From: Candidatus Borrarchaeum weybense
Lineage (GTDB): Archaea > Asgardarchaeota > Sifarchaeia > Borrarchaeales > Borrarchaeaceae
Reading direction: 5' to 3'
DNA: 64,000 nt
NCBI GenBank assembly: GCA_019057385.1
Contig: JAHQJS010000007.1
Location: forward strand, 587,685-651,684
Shown: positions 8,871 to 18,292 of the stretch, one piece after another
How positions within the stretch are numbered: position 1 is the first letter of the stretch
How the letters are laid out: the number at the start of each line of letters is the position of its first letter
The notes under the pieces: model-generated
Told to the model about the DNA's origin: nothing
Database searches by the model: none
Seen by the model: the letters and a program-made list of their open reading frames with translations, nothing else
Position numbers and translations under genes: made by a program

Positions 8871-11800
8871 TGCCAAAATTTGACCATATTAAGAAAGTCC
8901 TGTTACTAGGTTCTGGAGCTTTAAAAATCGGTGAAGCTGGTGAATTCGATTATAGTGGATCTCAAGCGCTTAAAGCTATGAGAGAAGAAGATATAGAAAC
9001 AGTCTTGCATAATCCTAATGTGGCAACTATTCAGACTGATCCAAGTCTAGCTGGTAAAGTGTACTTACTTCCTGTTTTGCCAAAATATGTGACTGAAATA
9101 ATAAAAAAGGAAAGACCTGATGGCATACTTTTAGCGTTTGGAGGACAAACCTCTCTTAACTGCGGAGTTCAACTCGCAGAGCAAGGAATTTTTGAAAAGT
9201 TTGATGTTGAAGTCTTAGGAACACCGATAAGGGGTATCCAGGAAAGCGAGGACAGAGAACTCTTTAGGCTAGCTATGGAAAGAGCTAACGCGCCAGTTCC
9301 GAAAAGTCGTGCTGTGAATTCAGTTGCTGAAGCACGTACTATAGCTGAGAAGATAGGGCTACCGATTATCGTCCGTCCAGCATATACACTTGGAGGAAAA
9401 GGGTCTGGAGTTGCCAGAAATGAGTACGAATTAGAACAAATTGTACAACGCGGCATAAGCCTTTCTCGTATCAATCAAGTACTAATTGAAGAATATCTGG
9501 AACATTGGAAAGAAGTAGAATACGAAGTAATGCGCGATTATGATGATAACTGCATTACTATCTGCAATATGGAAAATTTTGATCCTTTGGGAGTCCATAC
9601 TGGCGAATCAATTGTAATTGCACCCTCACAAACTCTAACCAATCGGGAATATAACATCTTAAGATCTGCATCAATTAGAGTTATTCGGTCTTTAGGTGTA
9701 GTTGGAGAATGTAATGTTCAATTTGGCCTAGATTCTAAATCAGAAGAATACAGAGTCATTGAAGTTAATGCCCGGCTTTCACGTTCATCTGCTTTAGCAT
9801 CAAAAGCTACAGGCTATCCTCTTGCGTATATAGCTGCTAAATTAGCTGTAGGATATACTCTACCAGAGTTAAAGAACGTAGTCACAGGTATCACAACTGC
9901 TTGTTTCGAACCGGCATTAGATTATCTTGTGGTTAAGATTCCACGCTGGGATCTGCCTAAGTTTGATCGTGTAGATCGACATATAGGAACTCAAATGAAA
10001 TCTGTTGGAGAGGTTATGGCTATTGGCAGATGTTTTGAGGAAGCACTGCAAAAAGCTGTTAGAATGCTTGATATCGGTAAACTTGGTGTTATTGGAAACG
10101 GTAGCGGCTCATATTCATCTGATGAAATTCTGGAAGACGCACTTATTCGCCCCACTGATGAGAGGCTTTATGCACTGGTTGATGCGTTTAAACGTGGTTA
10201 TTCTATTGAACAAATCTATAGACTATCTGGTATTGATCCCTGGTTTCTCTATAAGATTAAGAATATCATTGATTTAGAGGTATATCTGAAGCATATAGAT
10301 CTCGAAAATGAAGATGAGGATACAATCAGAGAATTACTACAAGAAGCAAAACGTCTTGGCTTTTCCGATAAACAGCTTAGCATTTGTTTAGATATATCCG
10401 AGAAAGCAGTGCGTTCACTTAGAAAGAAACAAAATATAATTCCTGTAATTAACCAAATTGACACATTAGCTGCAGAATGGCCTGCACACACAAACTATCT
10501 GTATCTAACGTATGGGGGGTCAGAGGATGATATCATTGCAGCTGATCCAACAAAGAAAAATGTTGTTGTACTTGGATGTGGTAGTTACAGGATTGGATCA
10601 AGTGTAGAGTTCGACTGGACCACAATGAACATGGTCTGGGGACTCAAGAAACAAGGATTCGATGAATCAGTCGTAGTAAATTATAATCCTGAAACGGTTA
10701 GTACTGATTTTGATATGAGTGATCGTCTTTACTTCGATGAAATTACTCTTGAAAATGTGTTGGAAATTAATGAAAAAGAGAAACCAACTGGGTTAGTGGT
10801 TAGTGTTGGTGGTCAAATTCCTAATACCCTAGCTCATAAACTTTGGCAAGAAGGAGTAACTATTCTTGGTACTGCTGCAGAAGATATAGATCGTGCAGAA
10901 GATAGATCGAAATTCAGTGCATTATTAGACTCAATAGGTATAAATCAACCAGCTTGGAAAACTTTGATAACTCTCGATGATGCCAAGGAATTTGCAAAAG
11001 ATGTTGGATATCCTGTATTAGTGAGACCTTCTTATGTCTTATCAGGCGCTGCAATGAGAGTTGCATTTACAGAAAAAGAATTGATTTCATTTTTGAAGCA
11101 GGCATCATCAGTCTCTCAAGAATATCCAGTTGTAATCTCGAAATTTGTTCAAAACGCTAAAGAAGTAGAAGTTGATGCTGTCTCAGATAGCATCGATGTG
11201 TTTATTGGGGCAATTATCGAGCATATTGAAAGGGCGGGAGTTCATTCAGGCGATGCTACAATGTCCATTCCACCGCTTACTCTAACGACAGAAATAACTG
11301 AAAAGATAAAGGAGTATACAATACGAGTAGCTAGAGCTCTGAAGATTCTCGGACCATTCAATATTCAATATCTTGTGAAAAATGGCGATTTATTAGTTAT
11401 TGAATGCAATTTGCGCTCTTCTCGCTCAATGCCGTTCGTTTCAAAGGCTAGAGGCGTAAATCTTATGGAATTGAGCGCTGGTGTGCTCCAAAGGAAGACA
11501 TTAAAAGAATTAGGCGCTCTTGATACACCACCTATTGACTTTTATGTGGTTAAAACTCCACAATTTAGCTTTACACGCTTGACAGACGCTGATCCGATAC
11601 TTGGTGTTGAAATGCGTTCCACTGGAGAAGTTGCTTGTTTTGGAGAAACTTTTGGTGATGCATTAATTAAAAGTCTTGAAGGTGCTGAATTTAAACTTCC
11701 CAAGCAGAATGGAAACGTATTCATTACAGTTGGTGGTCTTGAATTAAAACAGAAATTAGCTCCGATAGCTAAAAAATTGAAGCACATGGGATATAATATT

Positions 11801-12178
11801 CTCGCTACCGAAGATACAGCAGAGTTTTTTGAAAATGAGGGGCTTTCGGACGTGGAAACTCTTTACAAAATCAGTGAACAACATAGAAAACCCAACATTC
11901 TTGATTACCTAATAAATCAAAGGATTGATTTGGTTATTAACATCCCACAGTCAACAACCCTAGAAAAGTATTCCTTGATGTTGGAAGACGAATATGCGAT
12001 GCGAAGAAAAGCTGTAGAATTTGGTATTCCCATATTAACAACTGTCGAGTTATCTGAAGCCTTTGTCGATGCGTTAAACGAGTTGATGTTAAAAGACGGA
12101 ACGATACTCTCACTCAATGAATACCATAGCGATGAAAAGGAAAAAGTAAAACCAACCCGATTCCGAGTGATTCAATAA
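8870..12178 (+). CDS. carB: carbamoyl-phosphate synthase large subunit
   Basis: GEAGEFDYSG, duplicated ATP-grasp domains, IEVNARLSRSS, C-terminal MGS domain; TAATG coupling to carA. Confidence 0.98.
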   Translation: MPKFDHIKKVLLLGSGALKIGEAGEFDYSGSQALKAMREEDIETVLHNPNVATIQTDPSLAGKVYLLPVLPKYVTEIIKKERPDGILLAFGGQTSLNCGVQLAEQGIFEKFDVEVLGTPIRGIQESEDRELFRLAMERANAPVPKSRAVNSVAEARTIAEKIGLPIIVRPAYTLGGKGSGVARNEYELEQIVQRGISLSRINQVLIEEYLEHWKEVEYEVMRDYDDNCITICNMENFDPLGVHTGESIVIAPSQTLTNREYNILRSASIRVIRSLGVVGECNVQFGLDSKSEEYRVIEVNARLSRSSALASKATGYPLAYIAAKLAVGYTLPELKNVVTGITTACFEPALDYLVVKIPRWDLPKFDRVDRHIGTQMKSVGEVMAIGRCFEEALQKAVRMLDIGKLGVIGNGSGSYSSDEILEDALIRPTDERLYALVDAFKRGYSIEQIYRLSGIDPWFLYKIKNIIDLEVYLKHIDLENEDEDTIRELLQEAKRLGFSDKQLSICLDISEKAVRSLRKKQNIIPVINQIDTLAAEWPAHTNYLYLTYGGSEDDIIAADPTKKNVVVLGCGSYRIGSSVEFDWTTMNMVWGLKKQGFDESVVVNYNPETVSTDFDMSDRLYFDEITLENVLEINEKEKPTGLVVSVGGQIPNTLAHKLWQEGVTILGTAAEDIDRAEDRSKFSALLDSIGINQPAWKTLITLDDAKEFAKDVGYPVLVRPSYVLSGAAMRVAFTEKELISFLKQASSVSQEYPVVISKFVQNAKEVEVDAVSDSIDVFIGAIIEHIERAGVHSGDATMSIPPLTLTTEITEKIKEYTIRVARALKILGPFNIQYLVKNGDLLVIECNLRSSRSMPFVSKARGVNLMELSAGVLQRKTLKELGALDTPPIDFYVVKTPQFSFTRLTDADPILGVEMRSTGEVACFGETFGDALIKSLEGAEFKLPKQNGNVFITVGGLELKQKLAPIAKKLKHMGYNILATEDTAEFFENEGLSDVETLYKISEQHRKPNILDYLINQRIDLVINIPQSTTLEKYSLMLEDEYAMRRKAVEFGIPILTTVELSEAFVDALNELMLKDGTILSLNEYHSDEKEKVKPTRFRVIQ

Positions 12179-12207
12179 TTTACTCTATTTCGGTATATTT
12201 CTTAAAA

Positions 12208-12600
12208 TTATATTTCAGCTGCAGGTAATTTGTTGCGGAACTGTTTTTCTTTTTCATTCAAAACCATTTCCGTAAACTCGTTGATTTCCTCTAACCATTT
12301 TAATTTTTCTTCAGTAGTAAGTTTCATATATTCTTTGATTTTCTCGTCTTCTAAAGTATAATAAAAACCTTTAGTCGTTAGCTCAGGAGGATTAAGTTTT
12401 AGCTGTTCCATTGAATACTCAATTGCAGACAATATATCTTCTTGTTCTAATTGTGGGTACTTTTCCAGAATCTGTTCATAAGTCGTTCTATTTACAAGAA
12501 GTTCCAGAATAATGTCAACGCTTATGCTAGTGTCCTTTATTATTGCTTTCCCTGCGAGAATTTTGGGATCTATTATTATCCTTTCCTTTCGTTTCATCAA
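12208..12600 (-). CDS. DUF433 antitoxin-like domain fused to a second small helical segment
   Basis: IIIDPKILAGKAIIKDTSISV...YPQLEQEDILSAIEY DUF433 pattern, followed by an unrelated tail. Confidence 0.7.
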   Translation of the reverse strand: MMKRKERIIIDPKILAGKAIIKDTSISVDIILELLVNRTTYEQILEKYPQLEQEDILSAIEYSMEQLKLNPPELTTKGFYYTLEDEKIKEYMKLTTEEKLKWLEEINEFTEMVLNEKEKQFRNKLPAAEI

Positions 12601-12734
12601 TTTATCCTCGATATATTTTGAGAAATTCTTTTTTAGAAAACATACCTCTTTAATAAGTTCAAATAAAAGAACTTTACATAAATGTGTAGCTTATAAGTTA
12701 TATGTACTGATAAAAGAAAAGAGGTTAATTACAA

Positions 12735-13052
12735 ATGATAAGCCGAATTTGGCATGGATGGACAACACCGGAAAACGCCGATGACTATGAGTCACTTTTG
12801 AAAAATGAAATCTTTACCTGGATTAGCAATCGTGAAATTGCAGGCTATAGGGGCATTCATCTACTACGTCGTAATCTCGGCAAAGAAATAGAGTTCGTAA
12901 CAATTATGTGGTTTGACTCAATCGATGCAGTTCGGTCTTTCGCTGGCGAAGATTATGAAGTCGCAGTTGTACCACCAAAAGCAAGATCTCTTCTTTCTAG
13001 ATTTGATGCAAAATCTCAACATTATGACGTCAAAGCAAAACTAGAAGTTTAG
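12735..13052 (+). CDS. antibiotic biosynthesis monooxygenase (ABM)-like dimeric alpha/beta barrel protein
   Basis: MISRIWHGWT...EFVTIMWFDSIDAVRSFAGEDYEVAVVP family pattern. Confidence 0.75.
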   Translation: MISRIWHGWTTPENADDYESLLKNEIFTWISNREIAGYRGIHLLRRNLGKEIEFVTIMWFDSIDAVRSFAGEDYEVAVVPPKARSLLSRFDAKSQHYDVKAKLEV

Positions 13053-13162
13053 CTCTCGGTTCAATCTTAAATCAGACTCTTAATTTTCTTTTCATTTTTT
13101 CTCAGACTTTTATAAATAATAGCGGCACATTAAATTAACTTTAACAAATTAAGATTTAGGAA

Positions 13163-13519
13163 ATGGTGGTGATCATAGTGCCCTATACCAAATTAGAAGA
13201 TCTTGAATGGGAACCACATCCAATGTTGAAAGGTGTCAAAATAAAACCTCTGTTATCCAAGAAAAAGGATAATGCTGATGTCACGTGCTATCTTGTATTA
13301 GTTCCAAAAGGCGGAGATATTGTTGAACATGTACATGAGAAGTCCGATGATATCATATACGTTTTGAAGGGAAAAGCGAAGATATTCATCGAGGGAGACG
13401 GTGAATTTGATCTTGTACCTGGGGTTTTTGTTAGAGTTCCAAAGAACACAAAGCATCGTATTTATGACATCGAAGAGGACTTTCTGGCGTATGACGTTTT
13501 TGTTCCGCCGATACTCTAA
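13163..13519 (+). CDS. cupin domain protein
   Basis: HVHEKSDDIIYVLKG and VPKNTKH cupin motifs. Confidence 0.85.
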   Translation: MVVIIVPYTKLEDLEWEPHPMLKGVKIKPLLSKKKDNADVTCYLVLVPKGGDIVEHVHEKSDDIIYVLKGKAKIFIEGDGEFDLVPGVFVRVPKNTKHRIYDIEEDFLAYDVFVPPIL

Positions 13520-13653
13520 TTTCTTAAACTGATATAGACAAAAATCCTAAGCATGTTCGTAAGATGATGACTTCTTTCGAATTGCACATAATATTGATTT
13601 ATTCAAAAAGTAACCTAAGCAGTGGGCGATTTAGATAAATTACAGTAAAAACT

Positions 13654-13947
13654 TCAAATTCCTTTTGAAGGAGTTACTTTATCAATTTTCCATTCTTTTA
13701 GATGCATACGGAGGGTTAGAATTTCTAATCCTACGATTTCATCAGTTTTAACATCATATATACCAATAATTGTTCCTTCTTCGTCTATAGCATCACTTAT
13801 ACTATCCGAATACTCGCGGAATCGAATACCCAGAACATCGGAAGTGAAATCATATCTTAAATCAAATATAGTATGTGGTAATTTAATTTCAAAAGTCTTT
13901 TCGATCTTTTGAATGATTTTTTGTGGATTAATCGTAGTTATGGCCAT
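13654..13947 (-). CDS. DUF2283 family antitoxin-like protein (orphan)
   Basis: YDFTSDVLGIRF...IVGLEIL. Confidence 0.7.
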   Translation of the reverse strand: MAITTINPQKIIQKIEKTFEIKLPHTIFDLRYDFTSDVLGIRFREYSDSISDAIDEEGTIIGIYDVKTDEIVGLEILTLRMHLKEWKIDKVTPSKGI

Positions 13948-13982
13948 ATCTGTAGCGTCCTTAACTTCTCTTTAAATGTTTT

Positions 13983-14018
13983 TTTCACTTTCACACAGGG
14001 CTCCCTTACATTTATCAA
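13983..14018 (+). promoter_or_regulatory. second TTTCACTTTCA element + TATA box upstream of a toxin-DUF2283 pair
   Basis: TTTCACTTTCACACAGGGCTCCCTTACATTTATCAA, ending about 23 nt before ATG 14041 (leaderless geometry). Confidence 0.7.
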
Positions 14019-14040
14019 TAATATCGCTGAGAGTTATTTA

Positions 14041-14391
14041 ATGACATCAATAATTCGTATTGTTAAATCTATTAAACGTGTTCCCATAAGGCTTACAGCC
14101 ATTCAATGGCAACATATTCTCAAAAGACATCCAAAATTAAAAGATTTTCAAGATCAAATCTTATTAACTGTAGAGCGGCCTTACAGAATATATTCTGCAC
14201 CAGAAAAGGAATTTGAGTTCGCAGCACTGAAGGTCTTTCCAGAATTGCGCGAAAAAGGCCTTGCTGAAAATCTCATTGTTCATTATAAAGAACTTTCTAA
14301 AAAGGATGGATTTATAATTACAGCATTCGTAATGAGTGATAAACGATTGAAAAGGAGGTTTCGAAAATGGCAGATAGTATATCAAAGTTAA
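14041..14391 (+). CDS. BECR-fold (DUF4258/BrnT/RelE-like) toxin candidate
   Basis: IRLTAIQWQHILKRHP...GFIITAF pattern; overlaps a downstream DUF2283 gene; ATG 14041 preferred over the track start. Confidence 0.7.
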   Translation: MTSIIRIVKSIKRVPIRLTAIQWQHILKRHPKLKDFQDQILLTVERPYRIYSAPEKEFEFAALKVFPELREKGLAENLIVHYKELSKKDGFIITAFVMSDKRLKRRFRKWQIVYQS

Positions 14392-14645
14392 GAATGGCTA
14401 TTGACCCTTTCAAAGTATTAGATTCTGTTTCAGAACTACTCCCTGCCAATATACGTCAAAAAGAAATTGTTAGTGTCTCTTATGACCCTGAAGCCGATGT
14501 TTTGTACGCACAATTTGATCTTTCATCTGATGCAGTAGATAATGAGCCAATAGATGAGTTGGGCTATATTCTACTAGCATTGAATTCGAAAGAAGAAATC
14601 GTTGGAATAACGATAATGAATGCAAAACGCTTCATTAAAGAGTAA
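14367..14645 (+). CDS. DUF2283 family antitoxin-like protein
   Basis: VSYDPEADVLYAQF...IVGITIMNA. Confidence 0.8.
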   Translation: MADSISKLRMAIDPFKVLDSVSELLPANIRQKEIVSVSYDPEADVLYAQFDLSSDAVDNEPIDELGYILLALNSKEEIVGITIMNAKRFIKE

Positions 14646-14787
14646 TCTAAACTTATAAAATGATTATACGAATATTTTTTCAATTAAGTTAAGTTCAGCA
14701 CACTTTATGTATTTTTGTCATATCTTTTATTACTTCTAAAATGAATGCCTGAATTATTGATGACTTTAGGACTAAAATATAATCAAT

Positions 14788-15024
14788 TCACGCTTTTTCA
14801 TATGCTTCCAGAAATTCTTCTCTTTTGATTCCTGACTGCCTACAAATTATCCTCAAAGTAGATCCTTTTATTTTATTGTGATTTGGCATGGTGAGAGGCG
14901 TCCTTGTGCCATTCGGATTCTCTCTAACCATAGATATATGTTTTCCTTCCCGGATAATACTAAATCCAAGAGCTTTCAGGGCTTTAACGACTTTTCGCTT
15001 GGGAGCATCTCTTGGAAACTTCAT
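14788..15024 (-). CDS. hicA: HicA-family toxin
   Basis: KALKALGFSIIREGKHISM...TMPNHNKIKGSTLRIICRQSGI. Confidence 0.85.
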   Translation of the reverse strand: MKFPRDAPKRKVVKALKALGFSIIREGKHISMVRENPNGTRTPLTMPNHNKIKGSTLRIICRQSGIKREEFLEAYEKA

Positions 15025-15248
15025 TATACGATCACTTCAGCTATAAAAGTCTCAATGATCTCTTCTGTTTCAAAAGCATCCTCTCCAAAGGTTTCTATAT
15101 GAAACTTGACTGCAGATTTGATATCAGCTAATGCTTCCTCATAAGTATCGCCTTCACCTACAACGACACCCTTTAACCCGAGAGGATATGCTACATAACC
15201 TTCTGGATGTTTCTCAACAATTATCTTGATTTGTCTCACGCTTTTCAC
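15024..15248 (-). CDS. hicB: HicB-family antitoxin
   Basis: GYVAYPLGLKGVVVGEGDTYEEALADIKSA; coupled to hicA. Confidence 0.85.
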   Translation of the reverse strand: MKSVRQIKIIVEKHPEGYVAYPLGLKGVVVGEGDTYEEALADIKSAVKFHIETFGEDAFETEEIIETFIAEVIV

Positions 15249-15401
15249 CTTGCCCTATATTTTATAGTCTTGCTTTTTAATTCTATTGTGATAACGGCGT
15301 AAGTTAGTATTATAATCCATTTGATTTCAAACGCATAATAAGAATAAAAACAAACGCTTATCAAATTATATTTCTATTAAAAATCCAACTGAGGTCTTCA
15401 A

Positions 15402-15596
15402 ATGAATGTTGAAGATGTCGTAACAAAGGCTTTTAAAATTTTGAGGAAGGAACTCAGTGCCGAAGAATACTTAATTTATCTGCAAGCAATAACTCCAAGA
15501 ATGGGAGATGCAGTAAAGGAACTCAGAGAGAAAACAAAAGATTTAAGTCTAGACGATGTTGTTAAAAAAGCAAAAGATTTTGAAAAGAAGAATTAA
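15402..15596 (+). CDS. small antitoxin-like protein (orphan)
   Basis: 64 aa, RBS GAGGT; resembles short partners of PIN toxins; no toxin adjacent. Confidence 0.5.
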   Translation: MNVEDVVTKAFKILRKELSAEEYLIYLQAITPRMGDAVKELREKTKDLSLDDVVKKAKDFEKKN

Positions 15597-15661
15597 CGAA
15601 TATCAAATTCGTTTCTTTTTTTGAACATGTAAGTGTCTGATTACTGCAAGGAGAACAAGAT

Positions 15662-15880
15662 ATGAAAATAAAATATGATTCAGAAGTAGATATTCTTACC
15701 ATAGAGGTTTCTGGCGAAGGAATTGATTACGCCGAAGAAGTAGGTGGAATAATAGTACACTTTACAAAAGAAGGAAAACCCGTAGTCTTAGAGATTCTTG
15801 ACGCAAGTGATTTTCTAGCTCAAACAACCAAAATCGCTATGCAGAAAAAGAGTGAGGGAATAATTGAAAGTGGAATATAG
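15662..15880 (+). CDS. DUF2283 family protein (orphan)
   Basis: MKIKYDSEVDILTI...GKPVVLEILDAS. Confidence 0.85.
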   Translation: MKIKYDSEVDILTIEVSGEGIDYAEEVGGIIVHFTKEGKPVVLEILDASDFLAQTTKIAMQKKSEGIIESGI

Positions 15881-15907
15881 TTTCCGTCACAACTCTTATT
15901 GAAACAG

Positions 15908-16248
15908 AGTCAGAAAAGATCCTTCAGAGAGGAGTAAAATGGAAACGATCATAGAAAATATCGAGAAGGTAGATGTTTCATATGATAAGGAAAGAGACGT
16001 TCTTTACATCAGTTTTGGGCATCCACAGCCAGCTGATGACTCTGAATTGACAGATAAAGACATTATTATTCGTTATAAAGACAATAAAGTCATAGGATTG
16101 TCTGTATTGAGTTTTTCAAAACGTCTACAACATTAAATGCACTTTCTTTCGTCTATTGTTTTTGAGACCTTTTCAATGTCATTTAATTTGCAGTTCGTCT
16201 CTGATAAGAAGATTTAATGAAATTATTGATTTGCGTGAATTATTGATT
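15908..16248 (+). repeat. about 340-bp direct repeat, copy 1 (toxin tail + DUF2283 + downstream sequence)
   Basis: Near-identical to 18246-18585. Confidence 0.95.
15939..16136 (+). CDS. DUF2283 family protein (duplicate of 18277-18474, toxin lost)
   Basis: VSYDKERDVLYISF; 64/65 aa identical to second copy. Confidence 0.85.
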   Translation: METIIENIEKVDVSYDKERDVLYISFGHPQPADDSELTDKDIIIRYKDNKVIGLSVLSFSKRLQH

Positions 16249-16428
16249 AATAGTTGATATTCTACCATAAAGCGTTTAATTGGCATTCTGTTAGTTAGTT
16301 GTTGTCTTACGCTGCACCAATAGTGCTTTAGTTTTGTCAATTCAATTTAAATTGAAAATATAAAAAATACAAAGGACATACTATATTCTTCAGATTATAA
16401 ATAGAAGTTCGAAAAATGGTGAATAGGA

Positions 16429-17007
16429 ATGGTGGAATTATCGGAGAAGAAAAAGGGAATAGAGGAGTTATTGGAAAAGATACCTCCTGAGAGGCGATGG
16501 GCAATAACCGCTAAATATCTCCTCGGTATCGCAGTGTTGCAAGGTGAGAAGAAGACTGCACCTGAAATGATTAAGGATGAGGGGATTATCGCGCCTGTAT
16601 TAGGCGCAGAAAAGTGGATAGAGATGAACGTGAAGATATATGGTGAGGGCATTTTGCAGAGTGCTCTCTGGGTCAAAGAAACGTTTAATTTACCAGTAGA
16701 GAATGCAATCGAGTACTGCAATTTAACCGTCGTTAATTTAACATTATGCGGAGGTCCTGAGTTAGAGTTTGAATATGTCGAAAAAACTCCAGAAAGAGTC
16801 GTAGTCAGATGGACTAAGTGTCCGTATATGGAAAGGTATAAAGAGTGGGAGGTAGATCCTGCGTTTATCCCTTGCGGTGCTAGCCATAAAATATATGCTG
16901 AAGAGAGAATCAAGAAAATTAATCCTAAGCTAAATAGCAAACTAACCAAGGCAATGCCATGGGGAGACCCCTACTGCGAGGATATCATCGAGTTTAAGGA
17001 AGAGTGA
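16429..17007 (+). CDS. L-2-amino-thiazoline-4-carboxylate hydrolase-like (V4R-like) protein
   Basis: TKCPY...PCG...TKAMPWGDPYCE cysteine pattern. Confidence 0.65.
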   Translation: MVELSEKKKGIEELLEKIPPERRWAITAKYLLGIAVLQGEKKTAPEMIKDEGIIAPVLGAEKWIEMNVKIYGEGILQSALWVKETFNLPVENAIEYCNLTVVNLTLCGGPELEFEYVEKTPERVVVRWTKCPYMERYKEWEVDPAFIPCGASHKIYAEERIKKINPKLNSKLTKAMPWGDPYCEDIIEFKEE

Positions 17008-17086
17008 ACCTTAGAACGACAAACGAATTAAAGAAAAGAAGCCTATCTAAGAAAAAATCGAAAATCTGAATATAATTAAGATATTT

Positions 17087-17347
17087 TCACTTGTACACCC
17101 TTGATCTTTTATCAATATTGACGATTAATATTGTTTTGATGTCCTCATAAATTTCATATAAAATTCTGTGATCTCCTACTCGCATCCTAAATAATTTCTC
17201 TTTTCTACCCATTATTTTTCGAGTGCCTGAAGGGTAAGGGTTTTCAGCTAAAGATTCAAGCCCTCTTATTATTCGACCTTGCGTGTTCTTATTAAGTTTT
17301 TTAATATATTTACGGGCTCTAGTGCTGAAATGCAGCTCATAGCTCAC
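17087..17347 (-). CDS. relE: RelE/ParE family toxin
   Basis: LAENPYPSGTRKIMG...FRMRVGDHRILYEI...DKRSRVY. Confidence 0.9.
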   Translation of the reverse strand: MSYELHFSTRARKYIKKLNKNTQGRIIRGLESLAENPYPSGTRKIMGRKEKLFRMRVGDHRILYEIYEDIKTILIVNIDKRSRVYK

Positions 17348-17552
17348 TTATTTCCCTCTTTAAATCTTCAAGTTTAATCGTTTTTCCTTCTTCAAATTCT
17401 TTTTCTGCCTCTTTCAAAAATACTACTTCCTCATCTGTTAAAATACTATCTCTGTCAAGCATGTGACTTTTTATATACTCCAATTCTTTCCGTATCTCTC
17501 TTAGTTCTTTAAGTATCATAGCCACATCATCTTTTGCCACCAATTTACACAC
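17337..17552 (-). CDS. antitoxin paired with RelE
   Basis: Small acidic protein overlapping relE; AEKEFEEGKTIKLEDLK tail. Confidence 0.75.
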   Translation of the reverse strand: MCKLVAKDDVAMILKELREIRKELEYIKSHMLDRDSILTDEEVVFLKEAEKEFEEGKTIKLEDLKREISEL

Positions 17553-17805
17553 CTTCCAGTTAATTATAACTCCCTTTTATTTATACAATTTTTTGTTGTT
17601 CAAAATACATCTCGCTTCTTGAGAAAAGAATGTTCTACTTAATTTGCCACCATATCAATTAAATTATTTTACAGAATTGTTACGTGTAACCCCCGAAAAA
17701 ATAATTAAAATCTCTCCCTGACGACTTCTTTTGAATTACTCCGTTTTTTGAGATAAAAACCCATAGAAATGGTCTAAACAATATGGTATGCCTATCTTAT
17801 CATTC

Positions 17806-17846
17806 TTCGCAAGAAGAACTCTTCCTTCAGGAAGAGGATGATTGTG
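17806..17846 (+). repeat. short CGCAAGAAGA-hairpin element, probable solo IS200/IS605 end remnant
   Basis: TTCGCAAGAAGAACTCTTCCTTCAGGAAGAGGATGATTGTG with stem CTCTTCC/GGAAGAG; related copies at 4497, 47185 (minus strand) and 59548. Confidence 0.5.
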
Positions 17847-17851
17847 TTGTT

Positions 17852-17888
17852 TTTCATTTTCACAAGAGTCCCCCTACCTTTAAATAGC
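17852..17888 (+). promoter_or_regulatory. third (variant) TTTCANTTTCA element + TATA box
   Basis: TTTCATTTTCACAAGAGTCCCCCTACCTTTAAATAG upstream of toxin 17975. Confidence 0.6.
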
Positions 17889-17974
17889 CTTTTTAATTAC
17901 TATCTGAACTATGGATGAGCTAAACAACCTGCTGTGATTAAGTTAAACGAGAAATTAATAAGAGGTTCAAAAAA

Positions 17975-18292
17975 GTGACTATCCTCTTCAAAACAAAAAG
18001 CATATTTGGAAAGGATGTTATATTTACCAAAGAAGCTCTTCATCACATTGTCTCAAGACATCCAGAAATGGGTGGATTTGAGACAGAAATAATAAAAACT
18101 ATTACTGATCCTGATTTCATTGTTGAGGGGCAACATAATGAAGATATCGCATTAAAACATTACCCAGATTCACCATTAGGAGACAAGTATCTCGTTGTTG
18201 CTTATATCGAAAATGGGGAGATTTTGACATCCTTTTTTACCTCAAAGTCAGAAAAAATCCTTCAGAGAGGAGTAAAATGGAAACGATCATAG
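17975..18292 (+). CDS. BECR-fold (DUF4258/PBECR-like) toxin candidate
   Basis: FTKEALHHIVSRHPEM...KYLVVAY...GEILTSFF; overlaps DUF2283 gene. Confidence 0.7.
   Translation: MTILFKTKSIFGKDVIFTKEALHHIVSRHPEMGGFETEIIKTITDPDFIVEGQHNEDIALKHYPDSPLGDKYLVVAYIENGEILTSFFTSKSEKILQRGVKWKRS

Noticed and set aside
13909-14040. N-terminal extension of the 14041 toxin ORF
   Set aside because: Overlaps the opposite gene and the promoter element; ATG 14041 fits TATA spacing
16395-16949. 184-aa minus-strand ORF, and similar antisense/overlapping ORFs in the track (e.g. 1433-1759, 9169-9474, 60939-61409, 62642-62950, 63612-63833)
   Set aside because: Shadows of well-supported genes on the opposite strand with no recognisable motifs
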